From Salinispira sp. (GTDB lineage: Bacteria > Spirochaetota > Spirochaetia > DSM-27196 > Salinispiraceae): DNA of 64,000 nucleotides. Shown piece by piece: positions 48,570-58,546 of the stretch. A program made the translations under genes and the position numbers. The notes below the pieces were generated by a model. It made no database searches and was not told the DNA's origin. It worked only from the letters and a program-made list of their open reading frames with translations. The stretch covers positions 1,376,001-1,440,000 of the forward strand of contig OZ271918.1 in assembly GCA_965602015.1 (NCBI GenBank), given 5' to 3'. Numbering within the stretch: the first letter of the stretch is position 1; each line of letters starts with the position of its first letter.

Positions 48570-48584
48570 GTCAAACTGCCTTAC

Positions 48585-51077
48585 TTAATCCAAGTACGGC
48601 TTCATGCCCACGAGAACGTCAAGGAGCTCGTAGATAACAACGGGCTTGTTTTTCCCCTTTACCCTGATATTGTCCAACTCCCGGGCTACAACTTTGTCCT
48701 TCACCAATCCGTAGGTGTACTCGCTGAGAATTATCTTGGAACCGGTTCCTACGTGCTTCTCGCCGTTCTCGATCCACTCCTGACCAAAGTACTGTTTATT
48801 AATTCCCTCCAGACGAGCTCCGAGATTGACGTTATCTCCCATCAGGGTATAGTTCATGCGGCCGCTGCTGCCCATGTTTCCGACGGTCATTATCCCGGAG
48901 TTTATTCCGATACCGATATCTATGCGCTTATCCATTGGCCACTGTTCGTTTAGCTCATTGAGCTTTTTCATCTGCATCAGAGCAGATTGACATGCGAGAA
49001 TGGCGTGATTTTTCTGGGGAACCGGAGCTCCCCAGAAACACATGATCTCATCACCTACATATTTATCCAGTGTTCCCTTGTACTCCATAATAAGATCGGT
49101 CATCGCTGTCAAATATACGTTCAAATGGTTGACCAGCTCCTGAGGGGGCATTTTTTCAGAAAGTGTGGTAAAGCCTCGGATATCCGAGAAAAACACCGTC
49201 AGTTCTTTATCCACGCCTCCGAGTTCCGGAGCGGCGTCTGCATTCACGATCTCTTCGACAACCTCAGGACTGACGTATTGACCAAACATGCCCTGCACCC
49301 TTCGCTTTTCCCTCTCCTCTGTTAAACCCCGATAGATCACTACCGAGAGAAAGGTAAAGACAACTGCAAAGGCAGGATGAACCGTCGCAACTATGAGGCT
49401 GTTTTGGTTAAACATAACGTCAGCAAAAATGAATAAACCGCCGATGAGGATGAGGGTAATCGCTAGGGCGATGAAGTTATTTGTCCGTCCTGTGAGAAGC
49501 GCTGTTATGAGGAGCAGGCCCGCAGTCAGCAGCATCTGATAGATGACCGGAAAATCTATGAGAAAGTTTTCCATGAGGATGGTATTCAGGGAGTTCGCGA
49601 AAACTTCGATCCCGTACATATTACCCACGGTAGTGTTTTGCTCATCCAGGCCGGTGGCAAAAAAACCGGCCAGCAGCAGTTTGTTTTCCAACGCAAGGGT
49701 ACTTGGCCAGGTATCGAAAATCGGTCCTGTTGCCCGTCGGGCGTATGCGGAGTACGGCCGGACCGGATAGGTTTGGGGACCGCTGGAATCTGCGCTGGAA
49801 CGGTCTCCCATGAAATTTATTCGCATTTGCCCGTATTCATTAATCGGTATGCGTATTTCCGGCACATCCCTGAATTGGGCTTCCTCAAGAACGACATCGG
49901 GATTGTCGGGGTCCCGACGTTCAAAGGCAGTCTGAATTTGATAACCCTCAAGTGCCCGGGTATCCGGGTTGTATACCTGCGGATTTGGCAGGAGGATGTA
50001 CTCGCCAAGGACAACCTCGATGTCGTCGAACTCAATGTTGAAGTACTCGGCGGCCATGCTGAGGACGACCGACGGCATAAAATGATCTTCATATACCGAA
50101 ATTTCATACAGCACTGTTTCGGCTTCTCCGTCCTGATCCTCGTCAATCGGGATAGGCGGCGCGGTCCGGCGAACTGACTCCGCAAGTTCAACAACGGACG
50201 CATCGTCGAGCAGAAGCTGCCCTTCAGCATCAAAAACGGCTTCGGAATATACCTGGTCTCCCCTCTTGTCCACCCAGCTGATCCGGTGGAAATCTCCGCT
50301 ATACTGTACATAATTCCTGTAATTGGCAACGAAATCTTCAAGTTCAAAAACGGCGATTTCCTTAGTAGACCTCAGAATCAGGTCCAGATTTCTGAGAATA
50401 TTGTCCACATCCCGTCTTACCGTTGCAAAACCATAACTTGCTGCAGGACCAGCCACCGCGGGAAGCGGCGGGTCCATACCCTGATACAGCGAGGTGTTTA
50501 TCCAATCGCCGGTGACATTTGATATGTAGCCTTTATTTTCGATAAGGAAATCATGCCTGGCGACGTATTCGTCCTCAAGGCCGATAGGATTGGGATCGGG
50601 GGTCAGTTTGGTTTCAATAAGAACCCTGCCGTTTTCTGCTATACTCTGTACCAGGAGCGCGTCGCTGACCGGATCTTCGCTTGAAGCCTCATTAAAAAGG
50701 ATGTCGAGAAAAATAAGGGCTTCTCTTTCATTGGAGTTCTTTATGCGTCCGAGGGTATTCAGCAGTTCAGCGTGATGATAGCGGGGAAAAGGCCAGGGTC
50801 CGAAATCCGACAGTGTTCGATTCTCTATTCCGAGAATCAGGATGTCCGGATGTATGTTGAGGTCCCGCTCAACAATGGTAACGCCTCTTTGCAGTTGCTG
50901 CTGAGATCTTTGCAGGCGAATGGCGAAATGGGTGTCCAGTATTCTGAGCTGCAAGGTTCTGAAGAGAAAAAAGTCCGTGCCGATAACGGCAAACAGCAGA
51001 AAAACGATGAGCGCGATAACAAATGCAAAATTCTTCGTCGCGAAAAATTTTGATTTTGACAACTTTTTATTCCCCAT
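48585..51077 (-). CDS. CHASE2-domain class III adenylate cyclase
   Basis: GPWPFPR and GIEVFA (CHASE2), 3 TM, FSDIRGFT, DKYVGD, NYTLMGDNVNLGARLE (K/T ATP specificity); SD AGAGG before ATG 51077. Confidence 0.92.
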   Translation of the reverse strand: MGNKKLSKSKFFATKNFAFVIALIVFLLFAVIGTDFFLFRTLQLRILDTHFAIRLQRSQQQLQRGVTIVERDLNIHPDILILGIENRTLSDFGPWPFPRYHHAELLNTLGRIKNSNEREALIFLDILFNEASSEDPVSDALLVQSIAENGRVLIETKLTPDPNPIGLEDEYVARHDFLIENKGYISNVTGDWINTSLYQGMDPPLPAVAGPAASYGFATVRRDVDNILRNLDLILRSTKEIAVFELEDFVANYRNYVQYSGDFHRISWVDKRGDQVYSEAVFDAEGQLLLDDASVVELAESVRRTAPPIPIDEDQDGEAETVLYEISVYEDHFMPSVVLSMAAEYFNIEFDDIEVVLGEYILLPNPQVYNPDTRALEGYQIQTAFERRDPDNPDVVLEEAQFRDVPEIRIPINEYGQMRINFMGDRSSADSSGPQTYPVRPYSAYARRATGPIFDTWPSTLALENKLLLAGFFATGLDEQNTTVGNMYGIEVFANSLNTILMENFLIDFPVIYQMLLTAGLLLITALLTGRTNNFIALAITLILIGGLFIFADVMFNQNSLIVATVHPAFAVVFTFLSVVIYRGLTEEREKRRVQGMFGQYVSPEVVEEIVNADAAPELGGVDKELTVFFSDIRGFTTLSEKMPPQELVNHLNVYLTAMTDLIMEYKGTLDKYVGDEIMCFWGAPVPQKNHAILACQSALMQMKKLNELNEQWPMDKRIDIGIGINSGIMTVGNMGSSGRMNYTLMGDNVNLGARLEGINKQYFGQEWIENGEKHVGTGSKIILSEYTYGLVKDKVVARELDNIRVKGKNKPVVIYELLDVLVGMKPYLD

Positions 51078-51133
51078 TATGATCCTCTTTTTCCATGTGC
51101 GATGAAATGCCGGAACTCCGGATATCTTCAATA

Positions 51134-51162
51134 ATTATACGGGTGAGCCTGATCTTTGTCCA
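51134..51162 (-). promoter_or_regulatory. sigma70 promoter of the cyclase
   Basis: Minus strand TGGACA-N17-TATAAT. Confidence 0.65.
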
Positions 51163-51179
51163 ATCCGCTCAGTCGGCTA

Positions 51180-51210
51180 TAAAAAAACCGCCGGGAAATG
51201 GCCGGCGGTC
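51180..51210 (-). terminator. Intrinsic terminator ending the recA...rpsA...TPR gene run
   Basis: ACCGCCGG/CCGGCGGT stem followed by T7 on the minus strand. Confidence 0.75.
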
Positions 51211-51234
51211 GGATTTTGAACAGTATGACGAGAA

Positions 51235-51903
51235 TTAGTCCTGGATTACGCCATCGACGGTTAAGGCGATGAGCCGGTTTTGGGCAAAATCAGACCAGCC
51301 GCTGGCAGAGTGTTCGGCTATCAGACTGCGGTATTGGTCCGCAGCGTTTTCGTACTCGCCCTTGGTTTCGAATAACCTTCCGATGGTAAATTTTACCCGG
51401 GGTTCCTCGGAATTGTCATACTCGCTGACCAGTGTTTGAAGGCTCGAAATAGCCCCGTCAATATCCCCTGCTGCTTCAAGCATCAGTCCGGCTTTCAACA
51501 GGCTCGTGGCCCCGAGATAGCCCCGGGCTTGCGAAGCCTGGGAAAAGTTATCCGCCGCAGATTGATATTCACCGATTTCCTCATATACCAGGCCAAGTAA
51601 AAATATCTTGCGAAAATGAGCGTATCCGTTGTTGCGAAAATCAAAGTCGGCGAAAGATGCAAGCATTTCGCCAGCCTCAGGGTTTTCAGGGTCAAGAGAC
51701 TCCAGCCATTCGGCGAACGCTGTTTCGAGGTCGTAAAGCCGGGCTGCTTCCCGGTCTGACACGCTCCTGCCTACGCTTATTCCGACGACAACCGAAATTA
51801 TCGCTGCGATGATCAGGAAAGTCAGAACCGCCAAGACAACCCTGTTGTTGCGCAAAAAAAGTTCAATTTTGTCCTGCAGGCTAGCAGGTTTGTTCGATAG
51901 CAT
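51235..51903 (-). CDS. Membrane-anchored TPR protein (YfgM-like)
   Basis: N-terminal TM followed by TPRs (FTIGRLFE). Confidence 0.8.
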   Translation of the reverse strand: MLSNKPASLQDKIELFLRNNRVVLAVLTFLIIAAIISVVVGISVGRSVSDREAARLYDLETAFAEWLESLDPENPEAGEMLASFADFDFRNNGYAHFRKIFLLGLVYEEIGEYQSAADNFSQASQARGYLGATSLLKAGLMLEAAGDIDGAISSLQTLVSEYDNSEEPRVKFTIGRLFETKGEYENAADQYRSLIAEHSASGWSDFAQNRLIALTVDGVIQD

Positions 51904-53423
51904 TAGTCGCTACTCCTTTCTATTCCCAGCTCTTTTACCAGACGGGAAAGGTATGTTCGTTGTATATCGAGTTTTTCAGCAGCCAAGGTCTGGTTCCAGT
52001 CGTTTTCCAACAAGGTTGACCTGATCAGATGCTTTTTAAACAAATTAAGTGAATCTTTCAAACTTTTCCCCAGGAAAAGCTCTCCGGTAAAACTGTCTCC
52101 CGCAAGATGAAGATTCTCCGGGCGGATTACCCGCTCACTGCATAATACCACCGAGCGCTCAATGGCGTTTCGCAATTCCCGGATATTGCCCGGCCAGGCA
52201 TAGCTAAGAAGCTGTTCGAAGGCTTCGTTGCTGAAACCGTCAATCTCCTTATTTACTTCAGCCTGAATGGTTTCGAGAAAATACTCGGCCAGAATAGGAA
52301 TATCGTCCTTCCGCCGCCTCAGAGGGGGAATGTATAGCGGGATGACATTTAAGCGGTAGTAGAGATCTTCACGAAAACTGCCTTCCTGCACCGCCTTTTC
52401 CAGCTCAACATTCGTAGCCGCCACAATGCGGACGTCGGCGGTCTTAATCTGGTTGGAACCTAATGCCTCATATTTGCCGCTTTCGAGAACTCTGAGCAGT
52501 TTCGCCTGAACAGCCGGAGAAATTTCTGCTATTTCATCGAGAAAGAGCGTTCCTCCCCTGGCGGCTTCAATTTTTCCCGGTCGATCGGCTATTGCGTCGG
52601 TAAATGCGCCTCGGATATGTCCGAAAAGTTCGCTCTCCAACAATTGATCGGGAATAGACGGGCAGTTGATTCTTACCAAGGGCCCGCTGCGTCTCGGGGA
52701 TTGAAGGTGTATTTGCTCCGCTGCCAATTCCTTGCCGACACCGCTTTCACCGTGAATGAGTACCGATGCCTCGCTTACAGCGATTTTTGCGATCATGTCC
52801 ATAACCTGTTGCATGGCCTTTGATCTGAAAATCATGGTTTTATACGCATCGCCTCGATTGCGGTTTTGCCCCTCGAGTTCCTTGATGCGCATTCTGTCCC
52901 GGGAGCGAGCCTGGGAGTTGATTATCGCCAAGGCGGCTTGATTCGCAAAAATTTCCAGCCATTGACGGTCTTCTTCTGAAAAATGCTTTCCCTCGACGTT
53001 GTTAATAATTTCTATGACGCCGATGCAGTGATTCCATACCCTCATGGGTACCGCGAGAATGCTTTTTGTTTTGTATCCGATCTGCTTTGAAATGTTGGGA
53101 TAAAAACGGCTGTCCTCATCAACGTCATTGACAATAAGGCTTCGGTTATTTTGAGATACCCAACCGGCGATACCCTCCCCCGGTTTTAGGGTGAAATCCA
53201 TGACTTCAGAACCCTTGGGGCCAAGGGCAACCTCGAAATGAAGACTTCCATCCTGCTCATTAGACAGCAGGATGGAAGATGATTCGCCGGCGGTAAGCTT
53301 CATGGCGGATTCGAGTATCCGCTCCAATTGCTCCCGCGGATCAGAATAGTCTGCATTAATGCTCGAATTGATTTCAATCAGCTTCTGTACTTTCTGAGAG
53401 GAATCGTTTTTATCGAGCATCAC
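51903..53423 (-). CDS. GAF-domain sigma54-dependent Fis-family activator
   Basis: GAF (GEGIAGWV...SILAVPM), GESGVGKE, ESELFGH.RGAFTDA, LFLDEI, WPGNIREL, C-terminal HTH. Confidence 0.93.
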   Translation of the reverse strand: MMLDKNDSSQKVQKLIEINSSINADYSDPREQLERILESAMKLTAGESSSILLSNEQDGSLHFEVALGPKGSEVMDFTLKPGEGIAGWVSQNNRSLIVNDVDEDSRFYPNISKQIGYKTKSILAVPMRVWNHCIGVIEIINNVEGKHFSEEDRQWLEIFANQAALAIINSQARSRDRMRIKELEGQNRNRGDAYKTMIFRSKAMQQVMDMIAKIAVSEASVLIHGESGVGKELAAEQIHLQSPRRSGPLVRINCPSIPDQLLESELFGHIRGAFTDAIADRPGKIEAARGGTLFLDEIAEISPAVQAKLLRVLESGKYEALGSNQIKTADVRIVAATNVELEKAVQEGSFREDLYYRLNVIPLYIPPLRRRKDDIPILAEYFLETIQAEVNKEIDGFSNEAFEQLLSYAWPGNIRELRNAIERSVVLCSERVIRPENLHLAGDSFTGELFLGKSLKDSLNLFKKHLIRSTLLENDWNQTLAAEKLDIQRTYLSRLVKELGIERSSD

Positions 53424-53438
53424 AGTTCTCCGGGAAAC

Positions 53439-55145
53439 TTACTCGTCGTCCTGCTTCATAAAATCGGCAAGCGTTGCGGAAGCTTCTTCGGTATCATTGT
53501 TGGCAATGTACTTTTCTATTTCCTGACGTTCCTGAGCCCTGGTCATTTCACGAATGCTCAGCGACAGTTTTTGTCTTCCAGCATTGAGCTCGATAATGGC
53601 AGCGGTTACGCTCTGACCGGGCTTATATTTTGTAATCTCTTCATCGAGATTGATTTCCCGGGCATTGCCCAAGTGAACCTTAGGAATAAGCCCTTCGATT
53701 CCGCCCTCAACCCGCACGAACACGCCGAAATCCGTTACATTGGTCACTTCGCCCTCGATGATTGAGCCTTCGGAATGGGATTCTTTCAAATCTCTCCAGG
53801 GATCTTTTTCGAGCTGCTTGATTCCCAGACGGATGTTGTGATTTTCCGCACTGCTTTCGATAATAACAACATCGACACTTTCGCCTTCAGTGAGCACCGC
53901 CCCGGGGTTCTTATACTTCTTCGTCCAGGACAGGTCGTCCACATGAAGGAAGCCGTCAATACCTTCTTCCAATTCGAGGAATGCTCCGGTGGCGGTGATT
54001 TTCTTAACAACGCAATTCAGCTTGGTGCCTTCGGGATAGTTCTTTTCAATTTCATCCCAGGGATTGGGCATTACCTGCTTGACACCTAGTGAAACCTTGC
54101 GGGCGTCAAGGTCGAAGCCGAGAATCTTTGCCTCGACGGAATCGCCGATATTAATGATTTCCTTCGGATGCTTAATGCGCTTTGTCCATGATAGCTCAGA
54201 AATATGGGCCAGACCTTCGATGCCCTCTTCGAGCTCGATAAACGCGCCAAAATCCGTGAGCTTGGTTACCTTGCCCTTGATGACATCGTGAAGCTGGAAC
54301 CTCTCGGTGAAGCTGTCCCAGGGATTCTCTGTCATATCTTTTAGGCTGAGGTTGATTTTTTTATTCTCTTCGTCAAGACGGGTAACTTTAAGCTGAAGAA
54401 TTTCGCCTTTTTTAACGTGATCCTTGGGACGGGCTACGTGACCCCAACTCATGTCATTTATATGGAGAAGACCGTCGAACCCCCCGAGGTCGACAAAGGC
54501 ACCGAACGATGTAAACGACTTTACACTGCCTTCAACAACATCGCCTTCGTGGGTATTCTTGAAGAATTCGTTCCGCTTTTCGTCGACCACCTCCTCGAGC
54601 CATCGGCGGCGTGAAAGGATGATATTCACGCGATTGTCGCTGTAAAGCCGCTCGATGTAGAAATGGGTCTTCATTCCGACATATTTTTCAGGTTCTTCGA
54701 CGCGAAACAGGTCGATTTTGGAAATCGGATTAAATCCGCGGTTTCCGCCACCCAGATCGATTTCAAATCCGCCCTTAACTACCCGGGCGATCTTTCCTTC
54801 TACGGGCTGCTCGTCCTGATGGGCCGTCTTGATGGTCTTCCAAACGACCTTTTCATCGGCTTTCCGCTTCGATACAACGACTTCGCCGTTGCGTCCTTCT
54901 TTGTTTACCAGTACGACCTGGACGGTATCGCCGATTTCCGGAGTCTCATCAAACTCGGTGAGGTTGATTTTGCCCTCGGACTTGTATCCGACATCAATAA
55001 AAACCTGCTCGGTGGTAATTGCAACCACCGCACCTTCGACGAGCTGACCGACCTCCAGCTCATCCAGGGACTTTAGGTATTCCTCTTGCAGCTCCTCTTG
55101 GAGGAAATTTCCCGTTTTTGAGCTCTGCTGTTCATTTTCTGCCAT
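53439..55145 (-). CDS. rpsA: 30S ribosomal protein S1
   Basis: Six S1 domains (DVGYKSEG, FGAFVDLGG.DGLLH, FGAFIELEEGIEGLAH). Confidence 0.96.
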   Translation of the reverse strand: MAENEQQSSKTGNFLQEELQEEYLKSLDELEVGQLVEGAVVAITTEQVFIDVGYKSEGKINLTEFDETPEIGDTVQVVLVNKEGRNGEVVVSKRKADEKVVWKTIKTAHQDEQPVEGKIARVVKGGFEIDLGGGNRGFNPISKIDLFRVEEPEKYVGMKTHFYIERLYSDNRVNIILSRRRWLEEVVDEKRNEFFKNTHEGDVVEGSVKSFTSFGAFVDLGGFDGLLHINDMSWGHVARPKDHVKKGEILQLKVTRLDEENKKINLSLKDMTENPWDSFTERFQLHDVIKGKVTKLTDFGAFIELEEGIEGLAHISELSWTKRIKHPKEIINIGDSVEAKILGFDLDARKVSLGVKQVMPNPWDEIEKNYPEGTKLNCVVKKITATGAFLELEEGIDGFLHVDDLSWTKKYKNPGAVLTEGESVDVVIIESSAENHNIRLGIKQLEKDPWRDLKESHSEGSIIEGEVTNVTDFGVFVRVEGGIEGLIPKVHLGNAREINLDEEITKYKPGQSVTAAIIELNAGRQKLSLSIREMTRAQERQEIEKYIANNDTEEASATLADFMKQDDE

Positions 55146-55168
55146 AACTACCTGTATACTCCTGATGG

Positions 55169-55828
55169 TTATTTGTGTTCTCGAATAGATTCCACTACAA
55201 TCTCACAAACTTGTTCAATCGTCAAGTCGGATGTGTCCAAATAGACCGCCTGCTCATGAACTTTGAGGGCACCGATTTTTTTTTCTCTGTCTATTTTATC
55301 GCGACGCGTAATACTTTTTTTGATTTCCGACAGGCTCATTTCACTGGTTCCCTGTGCATGCCGGCGGCCCGCCCGGGCTTCCACACTTGCGTCGAGGTAA
55401 AATTTCACTTCGGCATCGGGAAACACCACGGTGCTCATGTCCCGGCCTTCCACGATTATGTCTTCCCTTTTGCTGATATCGACAATTAAAGCATTTACTT
55501 TTTCCCTGATTTCCGGGATTCCGGAGACCTGGGCGACAAATGCATCGGTGATATCGCTTCGAAGCAGACCGGCATCTATGGCCTCTGTGCCGATGTAAAC
55601 CGTATCACCCATCAATGCTAGCTCGAGGGTGGCGACCTTTTCGACGATTTCACCGGGTTTGCTTTTGAGCGCTCCTTCGAGTTCTTCGCCGAAGTCCGCG
55701 TACAGGGCATAGGTGATTCCCCGATATAAGCTGCCTGAATTTACATAATGGAGTCCGGTTGTCCGAGCTACCCGTTGGGCGACGCTGCTTTTACCGGTTC
55801 CGGCCGGACCGTCTATGGTGACCGTCAT
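55169..55828 (-). CDS. cmk: Cytidylate kinase
   Basis: IDGPAGTGKSS, SGSLYR, VEGRDM.TVVFPDA, RRDKID. Confidence 0.94.
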   Translation of the reverse strand: MTVTIDGPAGTGKSSVAQRVARTTGLHYVNSGSLYRGITYALYADFGEELEGALKSKPGEIVEKVATLELALMGDTVYIGTEAIDAGLLRSDITDAFVAQVSGIPEIREKVNALIVDISKREDIIVEGRDMSTVVFPDAEVKFYLDASVEARAGRRHAQGTSEMSLSEIKKSITRRDKIDREKKIGALKVHEQAVYLDTSDLTIEQVCEIVVESIREHK

Positions 55829-56613
55829 GATCGCCCTCCCCTGTTCTGCTTCTTTCCTCCGCCCGGTCTTCGGCGCTTAGCCGGAAATTTTGACGACCGA
55901 TCCCGTGCCTGTTCGAGCATTTCATGAATTTCATCCTTGGAGAGTTCGCGAAATTTGCCGGGCTTTAGATTCCCGAGGGATACCGGTCCGTACTGGATGC
56001 GATGCAGATGCTTTATCTCAATTCGGTAGCGGGCGAACACGTTTCGGATTTCGCGATTTTTTCCCTCAACCAGCGATAGAATGACGCTGCGACGGGATTC
56101 AAAACGGAATGCCTTGAGCCGGTAAAGCTCTCCCTTTATTCGGACTCCCGACTGCCAATCTTCGAGCATATTCCGGGGGATATCTTCCTTGGACTCCACC
56201 AGATACTGCTTAACTATTCCGGAGCCCGGATGGGAGAGGATGTTCGTAAAATCACCGTCGTTTGTCAGTATGATAAGGCCGCTGGTCATATAATCCAGTC
56301 TGCCGACGGTAAACAGCCGCACGGGAAACGAATCGCCGACAATATCGTAGACCGAGACCCTTTCTTCAGGATCATCAGCGCTGCAAATAACCTTGGTCGG
56401 TTTATTGAGCATGAGGTAAACCATCTCTTCTTCCAAACCAATTTGCTTGCCGTCGAGCCTGACATTGTCCTGTGTTTCAACCCGCGCGCCCGGTTCAAGC
56501 ACAGTCTTTCCGTTAACCGTCACCCTGCCCTGCTTGATAATTTCCGCGGCCGAACGTCTGCTTGCCGCGCCGCTGCGCGACAGAAAAACCTGAAGTCGCA
56601 ATTCTTCACCCAT
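55825..56613 (-). CDS. rluB: rRNA pseudouridine synthase (RluB/RsuA family)
   Basis: S4 domain RLQVFL..SRR, LNKP, VGRLD, EGKNREIR. Confidence 0.88.
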   Translation of the reverse strand: MGEELRLQVFLSRSGAASRRSAAEIIKQGRVTVNGKTVLEPGARVETQDNVRLDGKQIGLEEEMVYLMLNKPTKVICSADDPEERVSVYDIVGDSFPVRLFTVGRLDYMTSGLIILTNDGDFTNILSHPGSGIVKQYLVESKEDIPRNMLEDWQSGVRIKGELYRLKAFRFESRRSVILSLVEGKNREIRNVFARYRIEIKHLHRIQYGPVSLGNLKPGKFRELSKDEIHEMLEQARDRSSKFPAKRRRPGGGKKQNRGGRS

Positions 56614-57161
56614 CAGAGTTCGTCCTTTCGCAGTTCGAACCGCGCTTGTTCTACTTCATCCAGCCTGGGCAAATCGGCGATGCTGGACAGTCCAAAGGTC
56701 TTGAGGAAATTTCTGGTTGTTCCGTATTGAGTCGGTCTGCCCGGAGCGTCCTTTTTCCCGACCTCCGAAACAAGCTCCCGTTCAGTCAAGGTTCGTATCA
56801 TTGAGTCGGAAGAAACTCCACGAATGGATTCGATCTCGCCCCGGGTGATCGGCTGACTGTACGCGATGATGCTCAGGGTTTCCATTGCAGCCTTCGATAA
56901 TCGCTTGCTGTTATGCTTGCCGTAGCGGTCTTTCAAGTGATTCCATAGGGTCTGTTTGGGGGTAAGCTGATACGAATCACCAAGCCTCATGAGTTCCAGG
57001 CCACGGGTTTCTTCCAGATACAGCTCTTCAAGCTGGGAAAGCACCTGTTCGACGGCCGCCCGGGAAAGTCCGGAGATCTTCGCCAGACTGTTCACGTGCA
57101 TCGGTTCAGGTTCTAAAAATAATATCGCTTCAATAAGCGCTGTTTCAGTTTTCAAAAGCAT
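56613..57161 (-). CDS. scpB: Segregation and condensation protein B
   Basis: IEAILF, LSKAAMETLSIIAYSQPITRGEIESIRGV, GRP..YGTT..FL..FGL; start uncertain (57155 or 57161). Confidence 0.94.
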   Translation of the reverse strand: MLLKTETALIEAILFLEPEPMHVNSLAKISGLSRAAVEQVLSQLEELYLEETRGLELMRLGDSYQLTPKQTLWNHLKDRYGKHNSKRLSKAAMETLSIIAYSQPITRGEIESIRGVSSDSMIRTLTERELVSEVGKKDAPGRPTQYGTTRNFLKTFGLSSIADLPRLDEVEQARFELRKDEL

Positions 57162-57975
57162 CCTCCCGGCCCTCCTCCGGTTTGCCAACGGTCAGATCAT
57201 CCGCCCCGTCCTGGCTCTCTGCATTGACGTTGTTCGGATCAATAGTGTCCCCGCCGGAGGGGTGACGGCGAATCATGATATCTCCGAACATGGCATTCTG
57301 GAATACCTTGATCACTTTGAACTTGACAGATTCCAGTATCGCCAGAAATGCACAAATAATGTCCATGATGGAATCCGGACGGATAATAATATCGGTGAAG
57401 GGAAACTCTTCCCTATCCTGAAGCAGTTCGCGGATAAGGGTGAGTTTTTCATTTACGCTGACCTCTTCATACAAATCGATGATCCGCTCCGGCGTTAAGC
57501 CCTTCATAAGCTTCGAGAAGGTCGTCAGCAGATCCCAGACCTCCATTTCCTGCCACATGGGTTCGGCGTTGTCAAAGGGGAGGTTGCGCTGAGCCTTTTC
57601 GCGTTCGATTATCCACTGGTTTTCCGATTCTTTCTGACTCATCAACTCGCTGAGTTTTTTATACTTTTGATACTCAATGAGCCTATCGACAAGTTCCTGA
57701 CGAGGATCCTCGAGCTCATCTTCAAGATCGATTTCTACCGGAAGCAACATGCGGGACTTGATGTACAGCAACGTCGATGCCATCAGGTAAAACTCCGATA
57801 TGTCCTCAAGGTCCCTATTCGCGCTGCTGCGCATAAACTCGAGAAATTGAGCGGTTATATGGGCTATGGGAATATCATAGATATTCACTTCGTTTTTCTT
57901 GATGAGAAATAAAAGAAGGTCGAGGGGGCCTTCAAAATCATTGAGCTGATAATCCTTTTTTTGATCGGATGGCAA
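57145..57975 (-). CDS. scpA: Segregation and condensation protein A (kleisin)
   Basis: FEGPLDLLLFLI, IKSRMLLP, DPRQELV.RL.EY, FLAILE...Q...FGDI. Confidence 0.95.
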   Translation of the reverse strand: MPSDQKKDYQLNDFEGPLDLLLFLIKKNEVNIYDIPIAHITAQFLEFMRSSANRDLEDISEFYLMASTLLYIKSRMLLPVEIDLEDELEDPRQELVDRLIEYQKYKKLSELMSQKESENQWIIEREKAQRNLPFDNAEPMWQEMEVWDLLTTFSKLMKGLTPERIIDLYEEVSVNEKLTLIRELLQDREEFPFTDIIIRPDSIMDIICAFLAILESVKFKVIKVFQNAMFGDIMIRRHPSGGDTIDPNNVNAESQDGADDLTVGKPEEGREDAFEN

Positions 57976-57977
57976 AT

Positions 57978-58514
57978 TCAGTCCCTCAAGGCGGAAGTGA
58001 CGCTATTATAGTTATCACTTTCATAGAGGTAAATACCCTGGGTTGAATCGTCTTTGAGCAGTTTTTCGTATTCGATCAGTGGCGTTTGGTCAACGGGATT
58101 ACGGAGTTCCGGGTCTATATCGAGAAGCGGAACCAGGACGAAGCGCCGCTTTTGAAACTCTGGATGGGGTAGCGTGAGCTTCGGGGTTTGGAAGATTGTG
58201 CTCCCGTAAAAAATGATGTCGAGATCGAGGCTGCGTGGTCCCTTGGGGGATTCATGCAATCGCCGGCGGCCATGATCCGCCTCTATCTTATGGAGAAGAT
58301 CCAACAGCTGTTCCGGACGGGAAAACGGGGTGGAGTCTATGCTGATAGCTGCATTATAAAAGTTGGGCTGACGGCGTACTATTTGAGGCGTGGTACGGTA
58401 CAGACGGCTTATTCCGGTGATTCTGCAGCGAGCGTTAATATCCCGCATTGCGCTGAGTAGGATGTCCAGGCTGTTTCCCGTATTACTTCCAAGACTAATG
58501 TACGCCGTGTTCAT
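57978..58514 (-). CDS. folK: 2-amino-4-hydroxy-6-hydroxymethyldihydropteridine pyrophosphokinase
   Basis: YISLGSN, GPRSLDLDI, LPHP...RRFVLVPL. Confidence 0.94.
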   Translation of the reverse strand: MNTAYISLGSNTGNSLDILLSAMRDINARCRITGISRLYRTTPQIVRRQPNFYNAAISIDSTPFSRPEQLLDLLHKIEADHGRRRLHESPKGPRSLDLDIIFYGSTIFQTPKLTLPHPEFQKRRFVLVPLLDIDPELRNPVDQTPLIEYEKLLKDDSTQGIYLYESDNYNSVTSALRD

Positions 58515-58546
58515 GAACTAAATTAGGAAAAATAAGAGCTTTCGCT

